Shown: positions 54,330-64,000 of the stretch, in pieces
Layout: every line of letters begins with the position of its first letter
How positions within the stretch are numbered: the stretch's first letter is position 1
Made by a program: the position numbers and the translations under genes
The notes under the pieces: generated by a model
Databases searched by the model: none
Seen by the model: the letters and a program-made list of their open reading frames with translations, nothing else
Told to the model about the DNA's origin: nothing
Assembly (NCBI GenBank): GCA_021823325.1
Contig: JAKAOG010000002.1
Span: forward strand, 72,651 to 136,650
DNA length: 64,000 bases
Source: an archaeon
GTDB taxonomy: Archaea > Thermoproteota > Nitrososphaeria > Nitrososphaerales > Gagatemarchaeaceae
Direction of reading: 5' to 3'

Positions 54330-54830
54330 TTGCAGGCGATCATCGGGAAGGTCGGGGACTACCTCGTCAGGGGGTGCGAGAAGGACGACGTCCCGACGGT
54401 CATCAGGATCAACGGAGAGACGCTTCCGGAGCACTATTCGGACTTCTTCTACTACGAGATCCTCGGAGAGTTCCCCGAGGCGTTTTTGGTCGCCGAAGTG
54501 GGTGGATCGATAGTGGGATATGTGATGGCGCGCATCGAGTACGGTTTCTCGCATCTGAAGCGCCTCGGGCTTTCCCGGAAGGGCCACATCGTCTCCGTCG
54601 CAGTTCTGGAGGAGCATCGCGGCAAGGGAGTCGGGTCAATCCTGATGGAGAAGGCGCAGGAGGCCATGGGGGCGCGGGGCGCCACCGAGTCATACCTCGA
54701 GGTGCGAGTTTCGAACGACCAGGCCATCAACCTATACCAGAGGCTGGGGTACAGGACATCGGGGAGGCTTGAGGCCTACTACAAGGACGGAGAAGCCGCG
54801 CTGGTGATGGCCTTACCTGTCGGACATTGA
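54330..54830 (+). CDS. Archaeal N-terminal acetyltransferase (Ard1/RimI family)
   Basis: LPEHY, GHIVSVAV, RGKGVG, YLEVRVSN and YYKDGE motifs. Confidence 0.93.
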   Translation: MQAIIGKVGDYLVRGCEKDDVPTVIRINGETLPEHYSDFFYYEILGEFPEAFLVAEVGGSIVGYVMARIEYGFSHLKRLGLSRKGHIVSVAVLEEHRGKGVGSILMEKAQEAMGARGATESYLEVRVSNDQAINLYQRLGYRTSGRLEAYYKDGEAALVMALPVGH

Positions 54831-56494
54831 AGCACAGCGCCACCTTCCTGTCCCTGGCGGAGACCCTTGAGCGGATAAGGGGGACCGCGAGCAAGAAAGA
54901 GAAGGTCGCCCTGGTCTCGGCTTTCCTGAAGGGGCTCACCCCGAGGGACGCCGAAGTCGCCGCACGGATAGCGTCTGGGCGATCTTCCGAACGCGGCAGC
55001 AGGGACGAAGCCCAGGTCGGCTATTCCGCCCTCCTCGGCGTGATCCGGGAGGTGACGGGTGCGACAGAGTCTGCCGTATCGAAGTCATATCTGAAGCACG
55101 GCGACCTCGGAGAGCTGGCCGAAGAGCTCCTTTCGGAGAAGAAGGAGCAGCCTCTCTTCAAAGAAGAGCTTACCCTCGCGTCTGTCGACGACGCCTTCGC
55201 GAGGCTCAGGGGAACGAAGGGGCACGGGGCTTCCGCCGCCAAGCGGGCGATAGTGAAGTCCCTAATCCTGGCGGCGACGCCTCTGGAAGGGAAGTACATT
55301 GTGAAGGTCCTCACCGGAGAGATGAGGACCGGGCTGGTGTCGGGTCTTCTAGCCGAGGCGATAGCCGGAGCCTTCGGACTTTCGGAGGAGGAGGCGAACA
55401 GGGCCCATATGGTCCTGGGAGACATAGGCGTCTTCGCCGGGAAGGCAGCAGAGGGGAAGGCGGCGAAGGTGGAGATCGAACCCTTCAGGCCGGTCAACTT
55501 CATGCTCGCGGAGCCCTATGCCACCGCCGGGGAGATCGCGGAGCACTTCGGAAGGCTGGTCTACGCCGAATACAAGTACGACGGGATCAGGGCCCAGGTT
55601 CACAGGTCGAAGGGGGAGACGAGGATATTCTCAAGGCGGCTTGAGGAGATAACCTCGGGGTTCCCCGAGATCGTCGCGGCGTTCAAAGACTCGAAGCGAG
55701 AGTTCGTGCTCGACGGTGAGGCGGTACCTTTCTCCGACGGAAGGCCGCTCCCTTTCCAGCTTCTCCAGCGCAGGCTGAGGAGGATGGAGGAGTTCGAAGA
55801 AGCTGCGAGGCAGGCGCCTGTCACCTACTTCGCGTTCGACCTGCTGTTCTTGGAAGGAAAGGAGACTGTCGACCTCCCGCTGTCTGAAAGGCGGAGGCTC
55901 CTCCAGAGGGTGGTGACGGGGACCACCGCCAGGACCGCCGAGTCCGTGGACGTCGCGACAGAGAGGGAGATCCAGCTTGCGTTCAGAGAGAGCAGGGACC
56001 TCGGATACGAGGGGCTGGTGGTGAAGGACCCGGACAGCGTCTACGGCATGGGGAAGAGGGGCTCCGGATGGGTGAAGCTGAAGGAAGAGCTGGACACCCT
56101 CGACGTGGTCATAGTGGCGGCTGAATACGGTCACGGAAAGAGGGCAGGGGTGATCTCAGACTACACCTTCGCCGTGAGGGACGGGGACCGCCTCAAGACG
56201 GTCGGGAAGGCATACAGCGGGCTGACTGACAGGGAGATCGATGAGATGACCAGGAAGCTCAAGGAGATCACGGTGAAGGACTTCGGGTATCGGCGCCAGG
56301 TCAAGCCGGAGGTGGTCGTCGAGGTGGCGTTCGACAGCGTACAGAAGAGCGACAGGCACGACAGCGGGTTCGCGCTGAGGTTCCCGAGGATCAAACGGAT
56401 AAGGGACGACAAGGGGTTGGCTGACATCGACACCATCGCCAAGGTCGCGGGCATATTCTCGGGGCAGAAGCTGAAGGTCGACGAAGCGGCATAG
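54827..56494 (+). CDS. lig: ATP-dependent DNA ligase
   Basis: EYKYDGIR, LDGE, FDLL, EGLVVK, WVKLK and LRFPRI..IRDDK motifs. Confidence 0.97.
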   Translation: MKHSATFLSLAETLERIRGTASKKEKVALVSAFLKGLTPRDAEVAARIASGRSSERGSRDEAQVGYSALLGVIREVTGATESAVSKSYLKHGDLGELAEELLSEKKEQPLFKEELTLASVDDAFARLRGTKGHGASAAKRAIVKSLILAATPLEGKYIVKVLTGEMRTGLVSGLLAEAIAGAFGLSEEEANRAHMVLGDIGVFAGKAAEGKAAKVEIEPFRPVNFMLAEPYATAGEIAEHFGRLVYAEYKYDGIRAQVHRSKGETRIFSRRLEEITSGFPEIVAAFKDSKREFVLDGEAVPFSDGRPLPFQLLQRRLRRMEEFEEAARQAPVTYFAFDLLFLEGKETVDLPLSERRRLLQRVVTGTTARTAESVDVATEREIQLAFRESRDLGYEGLVVKDPDSVYGMGKRGSGWVKLKEELDTLDVVIVAAEYGHGKRAGVISDYTFAVRDGDRLKTVGKAYSGLTDREIDEMTRKLKEITVKDFGYRRQVKPEVVVEVAFDSVQKSDRHDSGFALRFPRIKRIRDDKGLADIDTIAKVAGIFSGQKLKVDEAA

Positions 56495-56536
56495 ACGCCT
56501 GCTGCTTATATCCGGAAGGCGGACGAGCATGAACGG

Positions 56537-57151
56537 TTGTACGCCCAGCTCCTCATCGCGCTTTCGTTCGCCATCGCCGCGTACCAAGACGCCCGCGAGC
56601 GGGCGGTCAGCGACCTCGTGTGGATCCCCGGCGGGGCGGCGGTCGTCTACATCCTCTACTCGTTCTACATCGGCGCCGTCCCCGACTTTCCGTTCTTCCT
56701 CCTGAAGCTGGCCCTCATCGGCGGGATCGCGCTCGGATTCACCTTCTTCGGATTCGTCGGCCAGGCGGACGGCATCGCCATAGCGCTTATCGCGGCTGAC
56801 CCGTACGTCCTGTCTCCGCTGCTCCCGCTCCTGGCGGCCGCCGTCGTCGCCGCAGGGCACATCGGGTACGAGTTCTGGAGAGGGAACGCGAGGGCGAAGG
56901 CGATCCCCATGGGCCGGTTCCTGAAAGAGCAGTGCTGGATCCCGAAGGCGATAATCTCCGACGGGGTGAGGACTGAAGTGAGCTCAGACGTAAACAAAGC
57001 AAGGGAGGAGGTCGTGGCCGCGGGGAAGCCTGACGCGACGGTAGAGGTGCGTTACGGCGTCCCCACTGTGGCGTACCTGGGCGTCGGCTACGTCGCCTAC
57101 ATCGTGTACATCATCCTGGTAAGCTACGCAGTCTTCGCCGCCTTGCCGTAA
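56537..57151 (+). CDS. A24 prepilin-peptidase-like membrane protein
   Basis: AYQD.RER.V.D..W, GQAD and C-terminal V...VP...YL motifs. Confidence 0.65.
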   Translation: MYAQLLIALSFAIAAYQDARERAVSDLVWIPGGAAVVYILYSFYIGAVPDFPFFLLKLALIGGIALGFTFFGFVGQADGIAIALIAADPYVLSPLLPLLAAAVVAAGHIGYEFWRGNARAKAIPMGRFLKEQCWIPKAIISDGVRTEVSSDVNKAREEVVAAGKPDATVEVRYGVPTVAYLGVGYVAYIVYIILVSYAVFAALP

Positions 57152-57188
57152 ACGGAAAGACAGGTTAAATCCGCATCCCCGAAACCGG

Positions 57189-57788
57189 ATGGGGCTTATG
57201 ACGTTCGTCGTCCTTGAAGGCTTCTCGGGGACCGGCAAGACTTCGCTTGCTCAGGGGCTGGAAAGGATGGGCTGGATAAGGCTCCAAGAGTCCGCTCACG
57301 CCGTTCCGAGGGACGTCCCCGTCGCAGACAGGGCAGACACGGCGGCAGACTTCAGCCTCCTCGGCGCCACCATGACGTACAGCTCGGTCGTGTCCAAGCT
57401 CAGAGGGACCAGGAACATCGTTTCGGAAGGGTATCTCCTCTCAGACCTCGCCTATGCTAAGATAAGGTACGAGCTCAAGAAGAGCGACGCCTATCCTTCG
57501 ATGGTCGCGATGGTGAAGCGGATCCTGGAAGAGAAGACGCTGCGGCCAGACCTGTACATCCTCCTGAAGGCTGGCGACGAGACGATCAGCCACAGGCAGC
57601 AGGGGAAAGACGACCGCGAAAGGAACACGGGCGATTATTTCAAGGCCAGATACTACACCGCCCTAGCGGAGATACACGAGGAGCTGAAAGAGACGGCCAT
57701 CGAGCCGGTTGAGACCGACCATGACGTCGAAGTGACTCTGGGGAACATCCTGCGCACCCTTGAAGGACGCAAAGTGAGCGACGCGTGA
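57189..57788 (+). CDS. Thymidylate/deoxynucleoside kinase-like protein
   Basis: LEGFSGTGKT, S..AY and PDLYILL motifs. Confidence 0.75.
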   Translation: MGLMTFVVLEGFSGTGKTSLAQGLERMGWIRLQESAHAVPRDVPVADRADTAADFSLLGATMTYSSVVSKLRGTRNIVSEGYLLSDLAYAKIRYELKKSDAYPSMVAMVKRILEEKTLRPDLYILLKAGDETISHRQQGKDDRERNTGDYFKARYYTALAEIHEELKETAIEPVETDHDVEVTLGNILRTLEGRKVSDA

Positions 57789-58612
57789 ACGCCGTCGAGT
57801 GGGAAGAGTTCCTGTTCGCTTCAACGGCCAGGGTCTGGCAGAAGGTTGCGCCCTTGGCGAAGAAGGGAGGGAGAGGGAGGACCGTGGGGACGGGAGCCGC
57901 AGGAGACATGACCATCTACGCGGACAAGCTCGCAGAAGACCTCCTCATCGGAGACCTGAAGAAGACGGCGGGGGTCAGGATCCTGAGCGAAGAGGCGGGA
58001 GCCGTGGGACCGCGAGACGGAAGCGCGCTCGCCGTCGTGGACCCGTTGGACGGGTCTTCGAACTTTGAGAGAGGCATCCCGTTCTATTGCACCTCGGTCG
58101 CCATCGTCACCGGGAAGAGCATCGACGATACGTCTGTGGGAGTGGTGAGGGACCTCGTGACCGGGGACGTGTACTCGGCGAGGAAAGGAGAGGGGGCGAA
58201 AAAGAACGGGAAGAGGATCAGGACGAGCAGGACGGTCGACAGCGCGAAGTCTCTCGTGGGGGTAGACATCAGCAGGAGCCCCCCAGGACTTGTCCGAGCG
58301 CTTGCGCCCCTGGTCGAAGGAGTGAAGCGCCAGGTCCATCTTGGCGCGAACGCGCTCGAGCTCTGCTACTTGGCGGAAGGGAAGACGGACTCGTTCGTAG
58401 ATCTGAGGGGAAAGATGCGCGTCACCGACTTCGCGGCCGCGAACCTCATCGCCCGCGAAGCGGGGGCCGTGGTCACCGGCTCGTACGGCGAGACGCTCGA
58501 CGTCAGGTTCGACCTGGAGCACAGGTTCAGCTTCGTCGCGTCGGCTAACCCTGTGCTGCACCGGAAGGTCCTCTCGATGTGCAAGGGCTGGAAGGGTGGA
58601 GAGGACCTTTGA
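57785..58612 (+). CDS. Inositol monophosphatase/FBPase family protein
   Basis: ILSEE, DPLDGSSN and DFAAA..I.REAG motifs. Confidence 0.93.
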   Translation: MNAVEWEEFLFASTARVWQKVAPLAKKGGRGRTVGTGAAGDMTIYADKLAEDLLIGDLKKTAGVRILSEEAGAVGPRDGSALAVVDPLDGSSNFERGIPFYCTSVAIVTGKSIDDTSVGVVRDLVTGDVYSARKGEGAKKNGKRIRTSRTVDSAKSLVGVDISRSPPGLVRALAPLVEGVKRQVHLGANALELCYLAEGKTDSFVDLRGKMRVTDFAAANLIAREAGAVVTGSYGETLDVRFDLEHRFSFVASANPVLHRKVLSMCKGWKGGEDL

Positions 58613-59709
58613 AGGTATCGATCGTAGTAGGGACAAGGCCCCAGATCATCAAGAGCGCCCCTGTGTATCACGCCCTTGCGAAGTCCGGGCATGAGTGCGA
58701 CATCGTAAACACGGGGCAGCACTACGACTACGAGATGAACAAGATCTTCTTCAAAGAGCTCAGCCTCCCGGACCCGTCGGCCGACCTCAACGTGGGCGCG
58801 GGGACGCCAAGCGAGCAGGTCTCGGCCATAGTCGCGGGCCTGGGAAAGCTGTTCGCGTCGGCGAAGCCCGACCTTGTCATCTCTCCCGGAGACACCAATT
58901 CCGCCCTGTCGGCAGGGATAGCGGCCGCGAAGTCGGGAGTCCCGCTCGCTCACCTGGAATCTGGTTGCAGGTCCAACGACTTTCAGATGGCCGAGGAAGT
59001 GAACAGGAGGATACTGGACCACATGTCGCAGCTGCTTCTGTGCCCCACCCCCGGGTGCGTGAAGAACGTGAGGGCCGAGAAGGTCCTGGCCGACGAGGTC
59101 GTCAACGTGGGGGACACGATGTACGACTCGCTCCTCAGGTTCGTCCCTTCCCTTCAGAAGATCGACGCGGCTTCAAAACACGGACTGGAAGAAGGAGGGT
59201 ACGCGTTCATGACGCTTCACCGGGCCGAGACGGTAGACGACCCGGGCTCGCTGAGGTCCGTGCTCGAAGGGGTGGGGTCTCTGGGCATCCCTGTGGCGTT
59301 CAGCGTTCATCCTAGGACGAGGGAGCGCCTGAGGGCGTTCAATGTCTCGCCGGGGCCGAACGTCACCCTCCTCGAGCCGCTCCCGTACGTCGAGACGCTG
59401 TCAATGGCAAGCAGGTCGAAGTTCGTCGTCACCGACTCAGGAGGTCTGCAGAAGGAGGCATACTGGCTGGGCAAGGCCGTCCTGATACCGAGGGACGAGA
59501 CAGAGTGGCATGAGATCGTGGACGCGGGCGCGGCGTTCCTCACCGGGAGCAGCGCGGAGAAGATCAGGAGAGACGCAAGGAAGCTCTCGCGCGTCAGACA
59601 GAGCGCCTTCAAGGCTACGAAACGGATTTTCGGCCGCGGAAACGCCTCTGAAAACGTGGTCAGGGCCGTCTCCAGGTTCCTCGGCGCCGGCGGAAAGAAG
59701 GGAAGTTGA
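58609..59709 (+). CDS. wecB: UDP-N-acetylglucosamine 2-epimerase (non-hydrolysing)
   Basis: GTRPQ, TGQHYD, GDTNS, EEVNR, HPRT and TDSGG.QKEA motifs. Confidence 0.95.
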   Translation: MKVSIVVGTRPQIIKSAPVYHALAKSGHECDIVNTGQHYDYEMNKIFFKELSLPDPSADLNVGAGTPSEQVSAIVAGLGKLFASAKPDLVISPGDTNSALSAGIAAAKSGVPLAHLESGCRSNDFQMAEEVNRRILDHMSQLLLCPTPGCVKNVRAEKVLADEVVNVGDTMYDSLLRFVPSLQKIDAASKHGLEEGGYAFMTLHRAETVDDPGSLRSVLEGVGSLGIPVAFSVHPRTRERLRAFNVSPGPNVTLLEPLPYVETLSMASRSKFVVTDSGGLQKEAYWLGKAVLIPRDETEWHEIVDAGAAFLTGSSAEKIRRDARKLSRVRQSAFKATKRIFGRGNASENVVRAVSRFLGAGGKKGS

Positions 59710-60872
59710 CGAAGACGGAGCCCTCAGGCAGGGGGAATATCGTGATGCTGCTCTCGAACCCCGCGACGTTCGATCAGAGGCCCCTCAAAGAGGCGCACGC
59801 TCTGTCGAAGGCAGGGTTCAGGGTCACGATCCTCGCGTGGGACAGAGAGCTGGAGACGAAGTCGGACTCTGTCTACGGCGACGGGTTACAGATCAAGAGG
59901 ATGAGGGTAGGCGCGGGCCACGGAACCCCATTCCTCACGGCGCCGAAGCTCGTCCTCTTCTATCTCTGGTGTCTGGCGCACCTGGCGTTCACGCGCGCAG
60001 ACGCCGTGCACTGCCATGACGTCGACACCCTCCCTGCCGGGTACGCAGCCAGGGCGTTGAAGCTCGGAGGTCCGAAGCTCGGAGGTCCGAAGCTCGTGTA
60101 CGACATGCACGACCTCCCCGAGGCGTTCCTGCGGTTCTTTCCTCTGACCAGGGTGACCCAGGCTGTCGCGCTGAGTACCGCGAGGCGGGCGGCAGCGGCA
60201 GTCCTCGTGGTGAACGACAGATTCGTTTCCTATCTCTCGAAGATGGGCTTCCTGCCTTCGAAGCTGACCGTCATAATGAACGCGCCACCCTCCGTGTCGG
60301 CCAGAAAGCCCAGGCCCAAGGGGAAGGGGCTTGGCGTGCTGTATTACGGGGCGCTGAGCGAAGAGAGAGGGGTTGGTCTCCTGCTGGAGGCGTTGAAGGG
60401 GCTGGACGGAGTGACGCTCTCGCTTGCGGGCAGGGGGGATCTTGAAGCCGCCGTGCGGGAGAGGGCGGCGGCTGACGGTTCCGTCAGGTTCCTAGGGTGG
60501 CTGAAGATGAGCGACCTCGAGCCTGCGATCAGGAGAGCGGACCTGATCCCCTCGCTCTACGAACCCAAGAGCAAAAACGCCCAGATGGCCACCCCCGGCA
60601 AGCTGCTCACAGCGATGTCCCTCTCCATCCCGACCCTCGTACCCAGGGGGAGCTATCAGGCGGAACTGGTCGAGAGGCTGGGCTGCGGGATCGTGGTAGA
60701 CTGGAAGAGCACCTCCGACGTGAGGGGCGCCGTGGAGCGGCTCGCCACGGACAGAAAGTTCTACGAGAGGCTCTCTTCGGCGGCTTACGAGGCGTTCGTT
60801 TCCCACTTCAGCTGGGAGGTCATGGAGTCGAGGTTGACGGAGCTCTACGGCACGCTGCTCACTTCTGCTTGA
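59706..60872 (+). CDS. Glycosyltransferase family 4
   Basis: D.R..KEA..L, HCHD, YDMH and PGKL motifs. Confidence 0.9.
   Translation: MTKTEPSGRGNIVMLLSNPATFDQRPLKEAHALSKAGFRVTILAWDRELETKSDSVYGDGLQIKRMRVGAGHGTPFLTAPKLVLFYLWCLAHLAFTRADAVHCHDVDTLPAGYAARALKLGGPKLGGPKLVYDMHDLPEAFLRFFPLTRVTQAVALSTARRAAAAVLVVNDRFVSYLSKMGFLPSKLTVIMNAPPSVSARKPRPKGKGLGVLYYGALSEERGVGLLLEALKGLDGVTLSLAGRGDLEAAVRERAAADGSVRFLGWLKMSDLEPAIRRADLIPSLYEPKSKNAQMATPGKLLTAMSLSIPTLVPRGSYQAELVERLGCGIVVDWKSTSDVRGAVERLATDRKFYERLSSAAYEAFVSHFSWEVMESRLTELYGTLLTSA
60059..60096 (+). repeat. In-frame 15-bp tandem repeat, about 2.5 copies (GAAGCTCGGAGGTCC)
   Basis: Encodes KLGGPKLGGPKL within the glycosyltransferase. Confidence 0.9.
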
Positions 60873-61656
60873 GCAGCGTCTGATAGATCTCGTCCCACCT
60901 GGACGCCACGGCAGCAGCCTCATACTCCTTTGGAAGACCGGCGGTCACCTTGCCTGTCCAGTCTACCACAGAACAGCCGCAGGCAAGCGCCTCCAAAGCC
61001 GCCCTGCCGAGCGACCGGGCGACGACGTGGGCCGGAGGCCTCCTCATATCGATATAGTATGTGTACTTTGACAGGACACCCGGCATGTCCGCGTGCTTGA
61101 CGCTCCATCTTTCGAGCCAGTCGAGCTTGAGGCCGAGCTCCTTCGCGGCGGCTTCCGCTTCCGCGTCCATTCCGTAATGGAACGACACCGCCGAGTCCTG
61201 AGCCCGTGGGCCGCCGGTGTCTCTGAACAGCCCCGTGTCTATCGGGTTCGGGACATAGACCGCGCCGGCAGGAGCGCCCTCAAGGAGGTTCGGGGTGGAG
61301 ACCGCGACGAAGTCTGCCTTAGACCACCTGCCGCGCTTTTCGGCCCACCGCCCCTCGATGTCGGTCCCGTGGTAGTGCATCACCACAGGCCCGCCCTGCA
61401 GCCTCTTGACCCACGGGACCACCCTGTCCAGGGAGTGCACGTGCACCAGGTCTGCGCGCCTGGACATCCGGACCGCCCTGAAGAAGAAAGAGGCCGCTCC
61501 TTCGTTGTATGCGGTGCCATAGGTGGTCAGCCCTGCCCGGTCTGCGGCCTGGCGTGTGATCACCGTGCTTTCGGTGTTGAACATCGAGTCAGTGAACTTG
61601 GCTATGTCGCTCGCTACCCCGGCCGTGTTCCATACGTGGAGTACCTTCGCCTTCAA
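60859..61656 (-). CDS. Glycosyltransferase (GT4-like, short)
   Basis: HVWNTAGV, HYHGTD, PNPIDT and ALEALACG motifs. Confidence 0.8.
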   Translation of the reverse strand: MKAKVLHVWNTAGVASDIAKFTDSMFNTESTVITRQAADRAGLTTYGTAYNEGAASFFFRAVRMSRRADLVHVHSLDRVVPWVKRLQGGPVVMHYHGTDIEGRWAEKRGRWSKADFVAVSTPNLLEGAPAGAVYVPNPIDTGLFRDTGGPRAQDSAVSFHYGMDAEAEAAAKELGLKLDWLERWSVKHADMPGVLSKYTYYIDMRRPPAHVVARSLGRAALEALACGCSVVDWTGKVTAGLPKEYEAAAVASRWDEIYQTLLKQK

Positions 61657-61763
61657 CGGTGCCGGCGCGCCCCGGAGTGGCTAAAACCTTCCGCGCGAGC
61701 TAAAATATGCCAGACGACGGGATAGGCGCAGCCTGATGAAAGGAGTCGTGAAACCACCCGAAC

Positions 61764-63248
61764 ATGACGAGTAGCTTCGGACTGCGTTCGACCGGGCTCG
61801 TCGTCTTCTCCGGCCGACTGTTCAGCGCCTTCACCGGACTGCTCTTCAGCCTGATGGCCGCCAGGTGGTTGAACCCCGCGGGGTTCGGGGTGTGGGAGGT
61901 AATCATCACCATACTGACGTTCGCTTCTTATCCGATCGGGACCGTGGCATATTGGGCCACAAGGGATATCGCAAGGGGGAGGATGGTCGGCCGGACCGCG
62001 CTCCTGACCGGCGCCCTCCTGAGCGGGGCGGGGCTCGCGATCTATCTGGGGTTCTCGGTCTTCACCTATTCGAGGGTCGCCGCTGCCTTCACCCCGTTCC
62101 TTCTGGGTGCGCTCCTCGTCCCCCTAAGCTACTGGTCTTCGACCGCTAACGCCATCGTCAACGGGTACAGGCCGTCCGTCTACGGCTACTCCCTCGTCGT
62201 CTCTGAGGTGTCCAAGATAGCCGTCGCTTACTCCGCCCTCTACGTCTTCCACCTTGGGATAGAGGGGGTGATAGTCGGCCTCCTCGCCGCCTATCTCGTC
62301 CAGTCGGTGGTGAGCACGGCGATGGTGAAGGACACCGCGTCAGAGAAGTTCGACCTTGGTGAAGTGAAGCGCTGGTCCAGGCTCGCCTGGCTCCCGGCGG
62401 TGAGCTACCTCCCTACGTCCCTCGCGGTCGCTGACACCTTCATGGTGGCGCTCCTCCACGGCACGACGGTCGTGGGGACGTACCAGGTCGCGTTCACGGT
62501 TGCGACGATAGTGACATACGCGTCGAGCCTCGTCTTCGCGATGTATCCGCTCCTCTTGCGGGGGAGCGACGCCCGCCTTCCTGGGATCTCCCTGGAGTTT
62601 TCCATGCTCTTCACGATCCCGATGGCGGCAGGGTGCGTCGCGCTCGCTTCACCGATCCTCTACCTTTTCGGGCCGAAGTACCTTCCTGGAGCCCTGGGGC
62701 TCTCGGTCCTGGCCGTCATGTTCGTTTTCTATAACGTGTCGTCCCTTCTGGATCAGACCCTACTTGGAACGGAAAGGGCCGACTGGGGCGAGACCCCAAG
62801 CTTCAGGCGGCTGGTGGCAAGCAACCTGCTGTTCGTGCCGACCGTGAACATCAGCTACGGGGTCGCGTACCTGGCGGCGCTCTTCATCACGCTGACATAC
62901 GCCATGGCGGCAGGGTTCAGCGTTTCGGCCGACGTCACCACCTGGGCCGCTGTACAGTTAGCCTCCACCTTCGTCTTCATGCTGATCAAAGTGAGGAGGG
63001 CCAGCAGGGTGGCGAAGTTGGCCCCGGGGGTGAGCGTGGCATACTACCTGGTTGCGGCGGCCCTTATGGCGCTGGTAGTGCACTACGCGGCGCCTGTCTT
63101 GGCGGTGGAGAGCGGGTCGACTCTGACATACGGCCTGAGGCTCCTGTCGGTGATGGCGGTCGGCGGCGTCGTCTATTTCGGGGCGGTATACGCGATGGAC
63201 TCGAAGTTCAGAGTCCTCGCCAGGGCCCTCTTCAGCAAAATCAGATAG
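61764..63248 (+). CDS. Polysaccharide flippase (Wzx/MOP superfamily)
   Basis: About 14 TM, AR.L....FG and VG.Y..AF...YP.LL motifs; next to glycosyltransferases. Confidence 0.8.
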   Translation: MTSSFGLRSTGLVVFSGRLFSAFTGLLFSLMAARWLNPAGFGVWEVIITILTFASYPIGTVAYWATRDIARGRMVGRTALLTGALLSGAGLAIYLGFSVFTYSRVAAAFTPFLLGALLVPLSYWSSTANAIVNGYRPSVYGYSLVVSEVSKIAVAYSALYVFHLGIEGVIVGLLAAYLVQSVVSTAMVKDTASEKFDLGEVKRWSRLAWLPAVSYLPTSLAVADTFMVALLHGTTVVGTYQVAFTVATIVTYASSLVFAMYPLLLRGSDARLPGISLEFSMLFTIPMAAGCVALASPILYLFGPKYLPGALGLSVLAVMFVFYNVSSLLDQTLLGTERADWGETPSFRRLVASNLLFVPTVNISYGVAYLAALFITLTYAMAAGFSVSADVTTWAAVQLASTFVFMLIKVRRASRVAKLAPGVSVAYYLVAAALMALVVHYAAPVLAVESGSTLTYGLRLLSVMAVGGVVYFGAVYAMDSKFRVLARALFSKIR

Positions 63249-63312
63249 AGCCAACCGAGCACGTCGGCGGCGACAGTGGAGGTTACCGTTTCTGTCTCGG
63301 ACGGAGAGGGGC

Positions 63313-63570
63313 TTAGCTCTTCTTGGCGCCGCTGTCTGCGGCCGGCTTCTCAGGTGTCATCTCCGGGATGTCGGTTATCGGCTCCGGAGGTGGAGTGGTC
63401 GCCATGGTGTAGCCGATCCATGCCAGTATCGCAAGGAGCACGAACACCCCGACGAATGCGGTGATCTCGACCACCAGCGGACCCCAGTACCAGAGGAGAA
63501 GCGCGTATACGATTATCCCGATGACGCTTCCTGCGAAAATTCCCCCGCCAATCGCTCTGTCGTTTGCCAT
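63313..63570 (-). CDS. Small conserved archaeal two-TM protein
   Basis: DRAIG...ILAWIGYTMATTPPP.P pattern. Confidence 0.75.
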   Translation of the reverse strand: MANDRAIGGGIFAGSVIGIIVYALLLWYWGPLVVEITAFVGVFVLLAILAWIGYTMATTPPPEPITDIPEMTPEKPAADSGAKKS

Positions 63571-63626
63571 GAAACAGTCCGCGCTCCCGAACCGCTGATT
63601 TAACGATTACGGAGCTTACGAGCGCC

Positions 63627-64000
63627 TCACAGGAGGAGCGCCTTGGCGACGCCAGGCTCGCCCCTGGTGGAAAGGCAGACTCCCGGGAACCCTTCCGCCC
63701 GGATCTCCCTGAGGACGTCCCGTTCCAGTTTCGCAAGCTCCCTCTCGCCTCCCTGCGCCGCTTCGTGTAGCGGCTTCGGAAGCTTCCACCCGAACATCTC
63801 TTCGTATCGCCGGACGTCTTCCTCCCCTTTGAAGTGGAATACGCTCGGGATCACCCTGCCGGCGAGCCCCGACTTCTTCACCCGGGCAGCGTGTCGCTTC
63901 AGCGACGGTCCGGCGTCGGTCGTCGGGGGTTGGGCAATCAGGAAGTCGGCCCCGGAGACAATCCTTTGCCTTGCCCGACGCGCTCCCGCGGAACGACCGA
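63627..64000 (-). CDS. Methylenetetrahydrofolate reductase (MetF)-like protein, C-terminal part (5'-partial)
   Basis: Frame continues toward the window edge and reads RQRIVSGADFLIAQPP, similar to the MetF K..AGADF..TQ motif. Confidence 0.55.
   Translation of the reverse strand, partial: GRSAGARRARQRIVSGADFLIAQPPTTDAGPSLKRHAARVKKSGLAGRVIPSVFHFKGEEDVRRYEEMFGWKLPKPLHEAAQGGERELAKLERDVLREIRAEGFPGVCLSTRGEPGVAKALLL

Overview
Gene-dense, high-GC archaeal chromosomal segment. Archaeal markers include an HMf-type histone, TBP, S17e, class I LysRS, Cdc48, ABCE1, Cgi121, an ATP-dependent DNA ligase, TATA-box promoters and a tRNA with a bulge-helix-bulge (BHB) intron. The CVHLWC-type Rieske/cytochrome b/cupredoxin locus and general gene content suggest Nitrososphaerota (Thaumarchaeota), probably a heterotrophic non-ammonia-oxidising lineage (inference). 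No CRISPR array, rRNA or transposase was seen. Most genes are housekeeping. Highlights: (1) a YkfC-like SH3-NlpC/P60 peptidase head-to-head with diaminopimelate decarboxylase, beside an Opp/Dpp peptide transporter, a DUF1028 Ntn-like hydrolase and an amine dehydrogenase, which may form an archaeal pathway for scavenging bacterial peptidoglycan peptides; (2) a fluoride riboswitch whose alternative helix covers the crcB start codon; (3) a TGYTAACAA motif just upstream of three TATA boxes in the opp locus; (4) a 64-nt k-turn/box C/D-like sRNA with its own TATA box; (5) tRNA-Arg(GCG) with a 29/30 intron; (6) several apparent CTG start codons; (7) a Tad-like pilus locus coupled to a HerA/VirB4-like ATPase. 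Product calls come from manual motif recognition, not database searches.
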